This document shows, piece after piece, positions 46,487 through 57,389 of a stretch of DNA of 64,000 bases. The notes beneath the pieces are model-generated. The model was not told the DNA's origin, did not search any database, and was given only the letters and a program-made list of their open reading frames with translations. Both the position numbers and the translations under genes were made by a program. How positions within the stretch are numbered: the stretch's first letter is position 1; every line of letters begins with the position of its first letter. This DNA is from an uncultured Candidatus Saccharibacteria bacterium (lineage in GTDB: Bacteria > Patescibacteriota > Saccharimonadia > CAILAD01 > BJGX01), in NCBI GenBank assembly GCA_964610335.1, contig CAZSVP010000003.1:77531-141530 (forward strand), in the 5' to 3' direction.

Positions 46487-47749
46487 TTGGAACCACCAAA
46501 CAGAAACACCATAAATCAGGCTGCCCAAACTCAGCCGTCAAAACCTCCTAGTCAGAAAGCAAAGGGTGGTTTTTGGCGTTTTGCACTTGTAGGTGGGCTG
46601 TTTTTTGTTCTAGGTGTAGCGGTGAGTTACCTTGGTGTCCGTGCCGGTGTGCTTTCTCCGGCCGCAAGTAATAAGATCAATCTAGACTCATTTTGGCAAG
46701 CCAACAGTATTCTGCAACAAAAATTTGATGGTGACATAGATCCAACCAAACAGTCAGAAGGTGCTACGGCTGGTATGGTGGCTAGTTTAGGCGACCCTTA
46801 CACAGTATTTTTGGACAAGAAAGCCAATCAAGAGCTTGCCAACGATCTCAAGGGTGAACTGAGCGGCGTGGGGATTGAGATAGGCATTAAAAACAACAAG
46901 CTGGTAGTAATAGCTCCAATCGATGGTGGCCCTGCTCAGAAAGCCGGTATCAAGGCTGGTGACTACATAGTGGGTATCGATGGCAAAGATGCGGGTGGCT
47001 TCACATTAGATGAAGCTGTTAAAACAATCCGTGGTGAAGCTGGTACGCAAGTAAAACTGACTGTGATACGCGGCACAAATAGCCCAAAAGAGATTACGAT
47101 CACTAGAGAGAAGATTCAGATCCCATCTGTCACAAGTGAGATTAAAGATGGCAATATTGGCTATATTAAAATACGACGATTTGGTGATGATACTGTGGCT
47201 GCAGTTAGTCAGGCAGTCAGCAGCCTAAAATCCCAAGGTGTCAAGGCAGTAGTAATAGACGTACGTGATAATCCTGGCGGATATTTAGATGGTGCTATTA
47301 AGATTAGTTCACAATTCATGAGTCAGGGTGTAGTCGTGCAAGAAAAGTCACGCCACACGGCCGACAAGAGTTTTTCAGCTATAAGTGGAGGCATGATGAC
47401 CGACATCCCAGTAATAATGCTCATCAATGGTGGTAGTGCCAGTGCTTCCGAGATTATGGCTGGTGCGCTGCACGACAACAATCGAGCAACCCTAGTAGGA
47501 GAAAAGACCTTCGGCAAGGGCAGCGTACAGGAAGTAGTTTGCCTCAATGGGATAGGCTTGAGCCTTGGTAACGATGAATGCAAAGGTGATGCGCTCAAGG
47601 TCACCGTAGCTCACTGGTACACTCCAAATGGTATCAACATATCCAAAGAAGGCATCAAGCCAGATGTCGAGGTTAAGCCTGCTGCTGAAAACGATACTAG
47701 TGACCCACAACTCCAAAAAGCACTAGAGGTCGCCAAATCTAAATTGTAG
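46487..47749 (+). CDS. C-terminal processing (S41, tail-specific) protease with a PDZ domain
   Basis: PDZ 'GDYIVGIDGKD', 'VRDNPGG' and 'NGGSASASEI' motifs; TTG/GTG start is uncertain. Confidence 0.75.
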   Translation: MEPPNRNTINQAAQTQPSKPPSQKAKGGFWRFALVGGLFFVLGVAVSYLGVRAGVLSPAASNKINLDSFWQANSILQQKFDGDIDPTKQSEGATAGMVASLGDPYTVFLDKKANQELANDLKGELSGVGIEIGIKNNKLVVIAPIDGGPAQKAGIKAGDYIVGIDGKDAGGFTLDEAVKTIRGEAGTQVKLTVIRGTNSPKEITITREKIQIPSVTSEIKDGNIGYIKIRRFGDDTVAAVSQAVSSLKSQGVKAVVIDVRDNPGGYLDGAIKISSQFMSQGVVVQEKSRHTADKSFSAISGGMMTDIPVIMLINGGSASASEIMAGALHDNNRATLVGEKTFGKGSVQEVVCLNGIGLSLGNDECKGDALKVTVAHWYTPNGINISKEGIKPDVEVKPAAENDTSDPQLQKALEVAKSKL

Positions 47750-47910
47750 ATTGTAATAGTTCAGGGTCTAATAAACAATTATAGTAGCGGACTAGTTCAA
47801 AGTAGCTTGTACATAAGTATTTCGATCAAAAAAAATGATAAACCCCTTGTGGCTATAACACGCTAAGCGCTATAGTAAATAGCATAAGTTGTTAAGTGGA
47901 GGGATGGGGG

Positions 47911-49554
47911 ATGAAAACACAAACCAAGTATATTTTTATTACAGGCGGCGTTCTAAGTGGCGTCGGTAAAGGGATCACTACAGCATCCTTGGGCAAAATA
48001 CTAGAAGCTCGAGGATTCTCTGTAAATATTCAAAAACTCGACCAATATCTCAACACCGATGCTGGCACACTCAATCCAGCAGAGCACGGTGAGGTATTTG
48101 TGACTGCCGATGGTGGAGAAACCGATTTAGACCTTGGCCATTACGAGCGCTTCATTGATCGTGAGTTGACGCGTGGTAGCTCGGTGATGAGTGGTCAGAT
48201 TTATGCTAAGGTAATAGCCGATGAACGCGATGGAGTGTATTTGGGCAAGACAGTGCAGATTATCCCTCACGTTACTGGCGAGATCCAGCGTCGCATAACT
48301 GAGGCTAGTCGTGGCTTTGATATCCAGATTACTGAGATTGGCGGTACAGTAGGTGATATGGAGGGCAATGCATTGATTGAAGCGATTCGCCAACTCCGAC
48401 AAAAACTTGGCCCAGTTCGTGTTATGTTTGGGCATGTGGTATATGTGCCTTTCCTAGGGCCAAGTCGAGAGTTCAAATCGAAACCAGCCCAAAACAGTGT
48501 ACGCGATTTGCGCGAGGCCGGTATTACTCCTGATATGCTTTTTGTGCGGTCTGAAGATAAGATCCATGGTGATATTTTTGAAAAACTTAGTTTGTTTTGC
48601 GATGTCGACGAGCATGCCATAGTGCCGCTGCCCAATGTCGAGACTGTTTATGAGGTTCCACTGGTGATGGAGAAGTCCGGTATAGTGGATGTGATCTGCA
48701 AAAGATTTGGATATGAAAACTGTAGTGCTGATCTTAGCCAGTGGGAAGACTTTGTTGCTCATGTGAAGGCGGCTAAGGCAACAGTTCGGATTGGTGTGGT
48801 TGCCAAATATCTGAGTAATGTCGATACATACCTAAGCGTGTTTGAAGCCATCAAGGCTGCGGCCTGGCAACACGATCTGGATGCCGACATTGTATGGATA
48901 GATGCAGAAAAGGTGGAGCACAATACTGACCTGCTGGAGGGCTTTGACGGGATTGTGGTGCCGGGAGGGTTTGGAGCGCGCGGCATTGAAGGCAAGATCA
49001 AAGCGGCTCAGTTTGCCCGGACGCACAAAGTGCCATATCTTGGACTATGCCTCGGTATGCAAGTCGCTGTGATCGAGTATGCGCGCCATGTGGCTGAGCT
49101 TAAAAACGCTAATTCAACAGAATTTGATAAGGAAACAATTCACCCGGTAATTGATATTTTGCCTAACCAAGATGGTATGAAGATGGGGGGTACCATGAGG
49201 TTGGGTAATTATCAAGCCAAGATTATAGGTGGTACCAAGACAGCCAAATTGTATAATTCTACCGAAATTGTTGAGCGCCATCGACACCGCTATGAATTCA
49301 ATGATACCTATCGCAAACAACTCGAAGACGCTGGTTTAGTTATTGCTGCCACAAACCCAGAGACTGGGCTGGTGGAGGTGATCGAAATCAGCGAACATCC
49401 ATTTTTTGTAGCTAGTCAGTATCATCCTGAGTTTCAGTCACGACCGGATCGTGCACACCCCTTGTTCGCTGGGTTTGTGGGAGCTTGTAAATCAGTAGAC
49501 AAATCTAAGTCGATTAAGTCCGCCAAAAAACTATCGGTTGAACAGCCAAGCTAA
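47911..49554 (+). CDS. pyrG: CTP synthase
   Basis: 'YIFITGGVLSGVGKG' P-loop-like N-terminus and a GATase C-domain 'GLCLGMQ'. Confidence 0.95.
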   Translation: MKTQTKYIFITGGVLSGVGKGITTASLGKILEARGFSVNIQKLDQYLNTDAGTLNPAEHGEVFVTADGGETDLDLGHYERFIDRELTRGSSVMSGQIYAKVIADERDGVYLGKTVQIIPHVTGEIQRRITEASRGFDIQITEIGGTVGDMEGNALIEAIRQLRQKLGPVRVMFGHVVYVPFLGPSREFKSKPAQNSVRDLREAGITPDMLFVRSEDKIHGDIFEKLSLFCDVDEHAIVPLPNVETVYEVPLVMEKSGIVDVICKRFGYENCSADLSQWEDFVAHVKAAKATVRIGVVAKYLSNVDTYLSVFEAIKAAAWQHDLDADIVWIDAEKVEHNTDLLEGFDGIVVPGGFGARGIEGKIKAAQFARTHKVPYLGLCLGMQVAVIEYARHVAELKNANSTEFDKETIHPVIDILPNQDGMKMGGTMRLGNYQAKIIGGTKTAKLYNSTEIVERHRHRYEFNDTYRKQLEDAGLVIAATNPETGLVEVIEISEHPFFVASQYHPEFQSRPDRAHPLFAGFVGACKSVDKSKSIKSAKKLSVEQPS

Positions 49555-49609
49555 GTTTTCCTTTAATCAAAAAACGTGCACTAACTGCACGTTTTTTGAT
49601 AATTGGAAT

Positions 49610-49882
49610 CTAAACTACAGATACTTCGGTCTTGTAACTACTAAGGCCAGTGAAAGCCTTCTTGCGTGTCTTTTTGAACTGCACCACACCTGCCTTAGCA
49701 GCATGAAAAGTAAAATCTACACCGACAACAACATTGTTGCCAGCTACCATTTTGGTACCACGTTGGCGAACTATGATTTCACCTTCCTTGACTGTTTGGC
49801 CACCAAAACGTTTCACGCCAAGTCGCTTACTGACAGAGTCGCGTCCATTGTTTGTAGAACCACCTGCTTTTTTATGTGACAT
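49610..49882 (-). CDS. rpmA: 50S ribosomal protein L27
   Basis: '[16 protein letters not shown]' followed by 'GVKRFGGQ'. Confidence 0.9.
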   Translation of the reverse strand: MSHKKAGGSTNNGRDSVSKRLGVKRFGGQTVKEGEIIVRQRGTKMVAGNNVVVGVDFTFHAAKAGVVQFKKTRKKAFTGLSSYKTEVSVV

Positions 49883-49891
49883 ATAATGCTC

Positions 49892-51028
49892 CTAATTAGT
49901 GAGAGAGTAAATGCGCCGTGCTACTAATTGATCAGCTCTGCGATACAGAAGTGATGTTTCCCCAGTCGGTGCAAATCGATCTATAGTATAGCTCATTTTC
50001 CTGATTTGGTCAATAATTGGTAGGGTAACAATCTTAGATGTGAAATGCCATTCAGGCGCACAAATTACTATTCGTTTAGGCTTGTTATTAATCTGTTGGA
50101 GTTTGGCTAAGAAGCTTAAGTAAAGTGCAGTGATATTGGTCAATGACTTATCAAACTCATTGGAGTTGACGTGAGCTACTGAAGTTGGCCCAAGATAACC
50201 CTCAGTAACAATTACGTATGAGCCCGATGGCGGTTCGAACGACTTGGCATCGGCTAGGGATACGCGATACTTCTTGGAAAGCTGAAGTTCTTCTGTAAGC
50301 CACTCAAGATTTACTTTGGCCGCCTCAACTGCACGAGGGTCATTGTCTAAGCCTATTGTTTGATAGCCCATAACTGTAGCTTCAGCTAGAATCGTACCGG
50401 GCCCACAAAATGGGTCAATTACTATGTCTGTTGAGGCAGGCTGTGCCAGATTTACCAGCATTTGAGCAAGCTTTGGCGGCACCATGCCAATATCCATATT
50501 TCGAGCTGGGCGTCCACTGTCACGTTTGGTATATGCCTCGATGTCTTGAACCCACTCCACTTCACTTAAGTACCAGTGTCCCTTGGCGGCTACGCAAAGT
50601 AATTCTATTCCCTTATCAAGTAAGCGGTTGTGAATACTAGCAGCTGCGTTCAATGCAACGCCTGACTTTGGTATTACAATACGCGTTGAACGCCCTTGGC
50701 GCTGTAGTTGCTTTTTTACCTCAAGTGTTGCTGCAAGATAATCTTTACGGCCAAGCGTAATATCTTCAAAACTAAGACCTAGCGACTTTCTCTTGATGTT
50801 TTCTGGTTTGGCCAAGTACTCCACAATCTGAGCAATCGGTAATTGTTTGGTTATAGGCAACTCTTGCACAACGCGTGCAACTTTTGTGATTCCACCTAAA
50901 TGGAAAAATGGCTTTGAACAAGACTCAAACAAAGCCGTTGTTTTGGTAAGTGGTTTTAGCCCCACGGACGTCGTGGCGAGCTCAGCTAATACCAATTCGG
51001 TTTCGCGGCCTAATAGTGCAATATACAT
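49892..51028 (-). CDS. Putative THUMP-domain class-I SAM-dependent RNA methyltransferase
   Basis: 'DPFCGPGTILAEA' motif I in the C-half; about 160 aa of N-terminal domain. Confidence 0.5.
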   Translation of the reverse strand: MYIALLGRETELVLAELATTSVGLKPLTKTTALFESCSKPFFHLGGITKVARVVQELPITKQLPIAQIVEYLAKPENIKRKSLGLSFEDITLGRKDYLAATLEVKKQLQRQGRSTRIVIPKSGVALNAAASIHNRLLDKGIELLCVAAKGHWYLSEVEWVQDIEAYTKRDSGRPARNMDIGMVPPKLAQMLVNLAQPASTDIVIDPFCGPGTILAEATVMGYQTIGLDNDPRAVEAAKVNLEWLTEELQLSKKYRVSLADAKSFEPPSGSYVIVTEGYLGPTSVAHVNSNEFDKSLTNITALYLSFLAKLQQINNKPKRIVICAPEWHFTSKIVTLPIIDQIRKMSYTIDRFAPTGETSLLYRRADQLVARRIYSLTN

Positions 51029-51124
51029 GACGCTATTATAGTAGTTTCAGATAGAAAGTGCTATGAATATGGATATCTTAAGCATTAGGTCGCATCTTAA
51101 CCTCTACCACGCTACAATATAGCT

Positions 51125-52129
51125 ATGAAGCTACGTTTGCGGCCACTACTATTCTTTATAGCTATCATTGCGCTTGGAGTGTTGATAATTACTCGCCTTG
51201 GCCAGTTGGAAAGCCTGATTAATACAATCAAAGGTGTTAATTTGTGGCTCTTATTGCTTGTTATCCCACTGCGATATATCTACTATTGGGCTAACACGCT
51301 GTACTTTCGTAAATTTTTTGAGATGTTTGATAATAATATAGAGCACAAGCACTTGTTCCGCACAGTGGTAGCCACCAACTTTATCAATATCATCATACCT
51401 TCGGCCGGCGTATCTGGGTTGAGCTATATGCGTGAGACTATTGGTAAAAAAGTTAAATCATCGATTTTGACATTATCGCATCTGGGTTACTACATGTTGG
51501 GGCTAGTGGCAGGTTTGATACTATTTGTGAGCTCATTTGCAATGCTATTGCTTTCAAACCAAGTGGTTAGGGTAAGTTCCAGGCTAATACTGCTTACTAT
51601 GTTTGTTTTCTTGGTATTTGTAGTAATTGCATTGGTGATGTTGGTGAATCGCCGACTAAGTGTCGACACTATCTTACTACTAAGCCGCCCTGTGAACTGG
51701 ATGTTGCACAAGTTACATCGGAGGCCTATCACTCGTCCGCGAGTAGAGGACTTTTTGAATGATGCGGGCGATAACCTTAACTATATTAGGCAAAATTGGC
51801 GCTTGCTAATAAAGCCATTTTTGGCGCTTTTTCTTATGTTGTTGATAGATATTTTGTCTCTGTATATAGTAGCGGTAAGTTTTGGACAAGTATTGAACCC
51901 AGCCGTAGTAATAAGTAGTTATTGTCTTGCCCAGATAGGCTCACTGGCGTCAGTATTGACTGCTGGCGTGGGCGCCTTTGAGGCTGTGTTGGCAGCAAGT
52001 TTGGTTGGCTTTGGAGTTCCATTTGACGTGGCGTTCTCAATTACTATCGTTTATCGTGGCATAGCGTTCTGGGCATTCTTGCCGGTTGGCTTGTGGTACT
52101 ACAAACGGGGAGTAATTGATGGAAAATGA
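51125..52129 (+). CDS. Polytopic membrane protein (flippase-like / UPF0104-type)
   Basis: 8-9 predicted TM segments; no catalytic motif recognised. Confidence 0.4.
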   Translation: MKLRLRPLLFFIAIIALGVLIITRLGQLESLINTIKGVNLWLLLLVIPLRYIYYWANTLYFRKFFEMFDNNIEHKHLFRTVVATNFINIIIPSAGVSGLSYMRETIGKKVKSSILTLSHLGYYMLGLVAGLILFVSSFAMLLLSNQVVRVSSRLILLTMFVFLVFVVIALVMLVNRRLSVDTILLLSRPVNWMLHKLHRRPITRPRVEDFLNDAGDNLNYIRQNWRLLIKPFLALFLMLLIDILSLYIVAVSFGQVLNPAVVISSYCLAQIGSLASVLTAGVGAFEAVLAASLVGFGVPFDVAFSITIVYRGIAFWAFLPVGLWYYKRGVIDGK

Positions 52130-53339
52130 GATTCTTACAGTTAGCCAATTTCATAGCTTCCTAAACCAGACACTAGAATTTGCTTATCCAGAAGTTGTTG
52201 TAGAAGGCGAGGTGGCAAGCTTTAAGGTCAATCAAGGCAAATGGGTGTTCTTTGATCTAAAGGATGACACTACTTCATTGGCATGTTTTATGCCAATATT
52301 TCAGCTCAAGACGGCAATTGAAGATGGTATGTTAGTAAGAGTTCATTGCAGCCCCAAGCTAACAGCCTGGGGAAAGTTCTCTTTGACAATTAAATCTCTT
52401 GAACTAGCTGGCGAGGGCAGTGTAAAAAAGGCTTTCGAACTACTAAAGGCACAGTTTGAAAAAGAAGGTTTGTTCGCTCCGGAACGTAAGCGACTTTTAC
52501 CAAAATATCCAAAGCGAGTAGCCCTAATCACATCTGCACAGGCTGCAGCATACAATGACTTTATTACCGTTTTAAGCCAGCGATATCACGCCATGCAGAT
52601 AGACCACTTACAGGTACAAGTACAAGGTGAGTCAGCTCCTGAGCAAGTTGTGCGAGCAATTGAGTTTTGTGCTTCGCGTGATGAATATGATGTAGTGGTA
52701 TTGATTCGTGGTGGCGGAAGCGCAGATGATTTGCAGGCATTCAATACTGAACCAGTAGTAAGGGCAGTGTACGGATGCAAAGTGCCTATATTAGTTGGCA
52801 TAGGGCATGAAGATGACATTAGCCTGGCGGAGCTAGCGGCAGATTTACGTGCTGCAACACCTACTGACGCAGCACGGCGACTTTCGCCTGAGCTTGAGAC
52901 CATAATCGGTGGTATCGATAAACAAGTATCATATAGTTTTGAACGGTTGAAACAACTGCTGCTCAAAAATAATCATATACTTTCTCGTAGCCAGCAAGTA
53001 ATGTCACATAAGTTAGATGATCTCAATCGAATTATTGTAGACTCTATCAGTCGATCTACCAGAGCGATTACTAAGCATATTGAGTCCACTAACATAAAGG
53101 TAGCTAGTCTGCAAAGGTCGCTGCGCAGTTTGGACCCTAGGGCAATATTACGGCGTGGTTATAGTATCGCTACAATAAATAACAGTATAGTAACCAGTAG
53201 TTCTCAGGTTACTGATACGTCTGTTGTCATGTTACAATTACACCAAGGCAAGGTACAGCTCCAAAAAATCTGTAATCGTTCAATAATAAGAAAGCCAAAA
53301 TATCATAATGTCCAAGACCAATCCCAAATCAAACTCTGA
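52119..53339 (+). CDS. xseA: Exodeoxyribonuclease VII large subunit
   Basis: OB-fold N-terminus 'LTVSQFHSFLNQTLEFAYPEVVVEGEVASFK'; start refined to ATG 52119. Confidence 0.85.
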   Translation: MENEILTVSQFHSFLNQTLEFAYPEVVVEGEVASFKVNQGKWVFFDLKDDTTSLACFMPIFQLKTAIEDGMLVRVHCSPKLTAWGKFSLTIKSLELAGEGSVKKAFELLKAQFEKEGLFAPERKRLLPKYPKRVALITSAQAAAYNDFITVLSQRYHAMQIDHLQVQVQGESAPEQVVRAIEFCASRDEYDVVVLIRGGGSADDLQAFNTEPVVRAVYGCKVPILVGIGHEDDISLAELAADLRAATPTDAARRLSPELETIIGGIDKQVSYSFERLKQLLLKNNHILSRSQQVMSHKLDDLNRIIVDSISRSTRAITKHIESTNIKVASLQRSLRSLDPRAILRRGYSIATINNSIVTSSSQVTDTSVVMLQLHQGKVQLQKICNRSIIRKPKYHNVQDQSQIKL

Positions 53340-53526
53340 TCTAGATTTTGCAGCTGAGCTTCAATCATTAGAACAAATTACTGAATATTTGGAGAGTGAT
53401 GAAGTAAATCTCGAAGAGGCAATTGCACAATTTGAGCTGGCAACCAAGAAAGCGGCTAGCCTAAAAAAATATCTTGACGAAGCTGAACTAAAGGTTGATA
53501 CCCTCAAACAAAAGTTCGATAGTTAG
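53308..53526 (+). CDS. xseB: Exodeoxyribonuclease VII small subunit
   Basis: 72 aa, 'FAAELQSLEQITEYLESDEVNLEEAIAQFE'; overlaps the xseA end. Confidence 0.85.
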   Translation: MSKTNPKSNSDLDFAAELQSLEQITEYLESDEVNLEEAIAQFELATKKAASLKKYLDEAELKVDTLKQKFDS

Positions 53527-53586
53527 TATTTAGTTCGTAGTAGGATTCTTGAACTTAATCCAAATCTAAGGTATAGTCACTGCATT

Positions 53587-53991
53587 ATGACAAAAGTGGA
53601 TATGCCAGACTATTTTTTGGCTCTAGTACGGGAAAAAACCAATGCGCTTACGCTTGAGCAAACTGCTGAGCAAACCCAGGCTGTATTGCGTGGTCTTTGG
53701 CTTAGTTTACCAGCAAACCAGCGCGAGCAAGTATTTGCACAGTTACCAAACTATTGTCAGCAGCCTAGTAGACAGGTCTTTTATTTGTCCAAGCCAGTAT
53801 ATCCAACCGAGTTTGACATAGCCATTTATGCTAAGACAGTGTCCGCATACTACCGCCAGGCTACCACATCTCAGGTTAAGTCTTATGTAGCGGGTGTGTT
53901 GTATGCCTGTAAGACAGTTATGCCATCTAGCCAATATCAACAGTTGCTCGATAGCCTACCTCCAAGCCTTCGCGATAGAGTATTATTGTAA
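53587..53991 (+). CDS. Hypothetical protein
   Basis: 134-aa ORF. Confidence 0.45.
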   Translation: MTKVDMPDYFLALVREKTNALTLEQTAEQTQAVLRGLWLSLPANQREQVFAQLPNYCQQPSRQVFYLSKPVYPTEFDIAIYAKTVSAYYRQATTSQVKSYVAGVLYACKTVMPSSQYQQLLDSLPPSLRDRVLL

Positions 53992-53993
53992 GT

Positions 53994-54845
53994 ATGCAGA
54001 CGTTTGAAGGCTTCGAGATACATGCGAACTCAGATGTAAATATAGAGGATTACTTATTTAGTTTGCCGCAAAACATGCGTCATTTGCGTAGTGTGGCTGT
54101 GTTAACTGATAAGACATTCCCCCTCAAAGTACTTGCTGACATGGCTGAGATTGTGCAGTACTTTAGGCTTGATACTAGGTATATTGCAGATCAGTCGCCA
54201 TCAGATGAACTACGATTTGATTTTTTGGAGCTAAACAAGAAGCGGACCAAGCGAACATCGGCAATAACATTTGAACAAACCGATGAAGCCACCGAGTTAC
54301 TATGTAACACACATGTGGTAGTCGCAGGATGTTTTGACCACATATCCAGTAAATACCAGCTGTTCTTGGAAAAAACTATTCAAGATTTACCGCAGCCAAT
54401 ACTATTAAGCAAAGATATAGTGTCATTATTCCAGTTCAATGTACGGTTGACCGAGCAGGCCAATCACTATTTGATCCTAACACCAGACAGTATAGTTAGA
54501 CTTTGTAGTTTGTTGGGTATTCTTACTAGACCATTGGGGCTACCAGCCAACAATTGGCACAATCTAATTCAGCTTTCAAATACTCTTGACAAGCCTACAG
54601 TCTGTGTTGCGCCAGAACACGTTCTGATTGCGATTCCGAAAGCTAGGGTACTAAAAATTGTTCGAGTTGAAGCTGCCAGCACCAAATACTATTTGTATGT
54701 CGGTCTACTAGCTTCACTGCTGGCAGCAAATACCGGTAATACTAAAGAAGTAGACTTGCACATAGATGCAGCAGCACGAATACTACAGTTAGCCAGCAGT
54801 AATGGCAGCCGATCAGTTACTCTATTCCTAAAAAACAACAGCTAA
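53994..54845 (+). CDS. Hypothetical protein
   Basis: 283-aa ORF. Confidence 0.45.
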   Translation: MQTFEGFEIHANSDVNIEDYLFSLPQNMRHLRSVAVLTDKTFPLKVLADMAEIVQYFRLDTRYIADQSPSDELRFDFLELNKKRTKRTSAITFEQTDEATELLCNTHVVVAGCFDHISSKYQLFLEKTIQDLPQPILLSKDIVSLFQFNVRLTEQANHYLILTPDSIVRLCSLLGILTRPLGLPANNWHNLIQLSNTLDKPTVCVAPEHVLIAIPKARVLKIVRVEAASTKYYLYVGLLASLLAANTGNTKEVDLHIDAAARILQLASSNGSRSVTLFLKNNS

Positions 54846-54852
54846 TAATTAC

Positions 54853-54941
54853 TGGTGCCAGAGGTGGGAGTCGAACCCACACGAGCGATAAAGCTCACAC
54901 GATTTTGAGTCGTGCGTGTCTGCCAATTCCACCACTCTGGC
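54853..54941 (-). tRNA. tRNA-Leu (anticodon CAA), class II with a long variable arm and encoded CCA
   Basis: Minus strand: acceptor GCCAGAG/CUCUGGC, anticodon loop CUCAAAA, variable stem GAGC/GCUC, T-arm GUGGG-UUCGACU-CCCAC, 3' ACCA. Confidence 0.9.
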
Positions 54942-54993
54942 AAGTTTACTGTGGTGACCGTATCGAAAGCATATTATAATAGAAAACACAGTT

Positions 54994-55938
54994 ATGGCCA
55001 AGTCAACTACAGGTAATCAAAAACCTTCAACAAAAACTTCTGAGCAAAACAGTGCAGAAAACATACCTCGCACGAAGATGAATTTGTTGTACAATCGTGC
55101 ATTACAGCCAGATACTCGCAAGCAAGAAAAGGCTCGTCAAAAGCTTAACAAATTAAAACACCGTTCTAAGTGGGCCAATGTAAGATTCGCGCTCATCTCA
55201 TTTGTGGTATTTGCCCTAGTATTTAACTATCAAGTTATTCTGGCACAAGCTCAGTTTTATTGGGCTGGTCGTAACGTTGCAAAACAAGACACTACCCAGA
55301 CTCAACAACCGGTAGAGACCACAGTTGTTAACCATGTAGTAGAACCAGAGTCAGTACCCCCTGAAGATCTAATAATCATACCTAAAATCAACGTTCGAGC
55401 ACCAATTGTTTTTGCCGATAGTGTTGTTGAGTCAGCAGTATTAAAAGCGCTGGAGAATGGAGTAGTGCACTACTACGGGACAGCTAACCCAGGCGAGGTT
55501 GGTAACGCGGTATTCTTCGGTCATTCCAGCAATGATGCTTGGGTACCTGGTAACTATAAGTTTGTGTTTGTATTGCTAGAAAAACTAGTGCCTGGTGACA
55601 CATATGAGATTCATTACAACAGCAAAAAATACGTTTACCAAGTTACTTCTACCAAAACTGTGCAGCCAACTGATTTGAGCGTATTGCGACAGACCAATGA
55701 CAAAACCTCAACTCTTATTACTTGTACACCGCCCGGGACAAGTTGGCGTCGATTTATTGTAACGGCTTCACAGATACAACCTCCTCAACAGCCAGTTCAA
55801 GAGATCGTCGAGAAGCCTGCTGCACAACCTACTTCCAAGGCTGCAGTGCTGCCAAGCAATTCACCATCATTGTTAGATAGAGTAGTTCAGTTTTTTAACA
55901 GTATTTGGATCAGCTTGACTGGTAGTAGCCCTAGGTGA
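54994..55938 (+). CDS. Sortase (membrane-anchored transpeptidase)
   Basis: N-terminal TM; catalytic 'TLITC' Cys motif; His-containing 'FFGHSS'; Arg in 'SWRRF'. Confidence 0.75.
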   Translation: MAKSTTGNQKPSTKTSEQNSAENIPRTKMNLLYNRALQPDTRKQEKARQKLNKLKHRSKWANVRFALISFVVFALVFNYQVILAQAQFYWAGRNVAKQDTTQTQQPVETTVVNHVVEPESVPPEDLIIIPKINVRAPIVFADSVVESAVLKALENGVVHYYGTANPGEVGNAVFFGHSSNDAWVPGNYKFVFVLLEKLVPGDTYEIHYNSKKYVYQVTSTKTVQPTDLSVLRQTNDKTSTLITCTPPGTSWRRFIVTASQIQPPQQPVQEIVEKPAAQPTSKAAVLPSNSPSLLDRVVQFFNSIWISLTGSSPR

Positions 55939-55942
55939 AAAA

Positions 55943-57331
55943 CTACTGTTTTGCTTGCAAACTGCCCAGTAGTAGCTGGCCATTTGGCGTGATTGCATAA
56001 AACCCTTTTTCAGATAAGTATGGATAGACTTGGTTGGCCGATGAGTTATTCTGTGATAATTCATGCAGGTTTTGGCCATCATAATCAACAATATAGGCTT
56101 TATTGTCACGTACAAACATTATCTGGTACTCGCCATACCAAGACCAAGTGTGGTAGTTAGGGAGCTGAACATCGCTGCGTGTCTGGCTAACGAACTCAAG
56201 ATCATAACTACGCATACCGCGCTTATCACTAACAATTAGGAAGCGGCCGTTTGTACTGGCTGAATAGCCATTTATTCCCGTCAATGTCTTGGTTGTTGGA
56301 TTCGTGCTATATGGTGCGCGTGTAACTAGTAGGGACCGATCTGATTCAGAATATACATACAAAAATTCTTCAAATTGGCCTTTGCTAAATGTAATGTCAT
56401 AACTTGGTGCAGTTCCAGCGAGAGTACTGATGTGTTTGCGGTTTGTGCCGTCTAGATCATAACGATAAATACTGTCACGTGTTGTGCCGTCAGAGCTTAC
56501 TTCACGTTCTGCGGTTAGAATGTTTGATTTCGATAAGGCATAACTCACGACGTTTTGAGCAAGTGGGCTTGTAGCTGTTTGACTACTTACTGTTATACGT
56601 CGTAGGTCTCCGGCGCTATACCAGTAGAGTTGGTCATTGGATGCCAAAGAGAACCTAACATCCACTAGTGTAGGTCCGAACTGACTTGTTAGGTTGATAG
56701 CCTTTTTGTTATTAGTATCCAAGTAAAAGATACTTGGAGTAGGTGATTCAGTAGTAGTCTGGCTAAAAAGCAATCTATCACCACTGGTGTTACTAGCCAA
56801 GTTCGTAAGCTTAGCGGAAGTCAAATTGTCTGTAGGGGGTACGTATACTTGATCTATAAAGTTATTTCTTACTCGCCAAATTGCAGGCAACAGGTTGTTC
56901 ACCCCAAATAGTGTTTTCTTATCGGAAGCTTGCGTAGTTGCCCCAAAGTTTATTGCCGGGTTTAGTCGAACGTATGGAATCTGAGTGGGCACCATCACGG
57001 CGTAGTCAGCATACACAACTTCATATGCTCGTACTTGCTTGGTTGATTGCCAATCCTGATAACTGGAGCGAGTTAGCTTAATACTCAACGGACCTGGCTC
57101 AACACTTTCAAAACGGGTTGGTGTCAACACCTTGGTATCAGTGCCGTTTAGAAATACTTTAGCCCCAGAAGGTTGTGAGTTTACTATAACTAATCCGGTT
57201 GTATATATAGCCCATGTTTTGGGATTTATGCGATAACCCTGGGCAAGGTATACAGTTACAATTGTACCCAAAATTATTAGTACAGTAGCTACCGCAACCA
57301 TCAAACTTTGTCGGGTTTTTTGTGATATCAT
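55943..57331 (-). CDS. Membrane-anchored PEGA-domain protein with a beta-rich extracellular region
   Basis: N-terminal TM then 'PSGAKVFLNGTDTKVLTP' PEGA-like segment. Confidence 0.5.
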   Translation of the reverse strand: MISQKTRQSLMVAVATVLIILGTIVTVYLAQGYRINPKTWAIYTTGLVIVNSQPSGAKVFLNGTDTKVLTPTRFESVEPGPLSIKLTRSSYQDWQSTKQVRAYEVVYADYAVMVPTQIPYVRLNPAINFGATTQASDKKTLFGVNNLLPAIWRVRNNFIDQVYVPPTDNLTSAKLTNLASNTSGDRLLFSQTTTESPTPSIFYLDTNNKKAINLTSQFGPTLVDVRFSLASNDQLYWYSAGDLRRITVSSQTATSPLAQNVVSYALSKSNILTAEREVSSDGTTRDSIYRYDLDGTNRKHISTLAGTAPSYDITFSKGQFEEFLYVYSESDRSLLVTRAPYSTNPTTKTLTGINGYSASTNGRFLIVSDKRGMRSYDLEFVSQTRSDVQLPNYHTWSWYGEYQIMFVRDNKAYIVDYDGQNLHELSQNNSSANQVYPYLSEKGFYAITPNGQLLLGSLQAKQ

Positions 57332-57389
57332 GGGGTTTATCAGTTTCGGATTGATTATACTCCAGAATGAATTCTAACTCTAGATACCA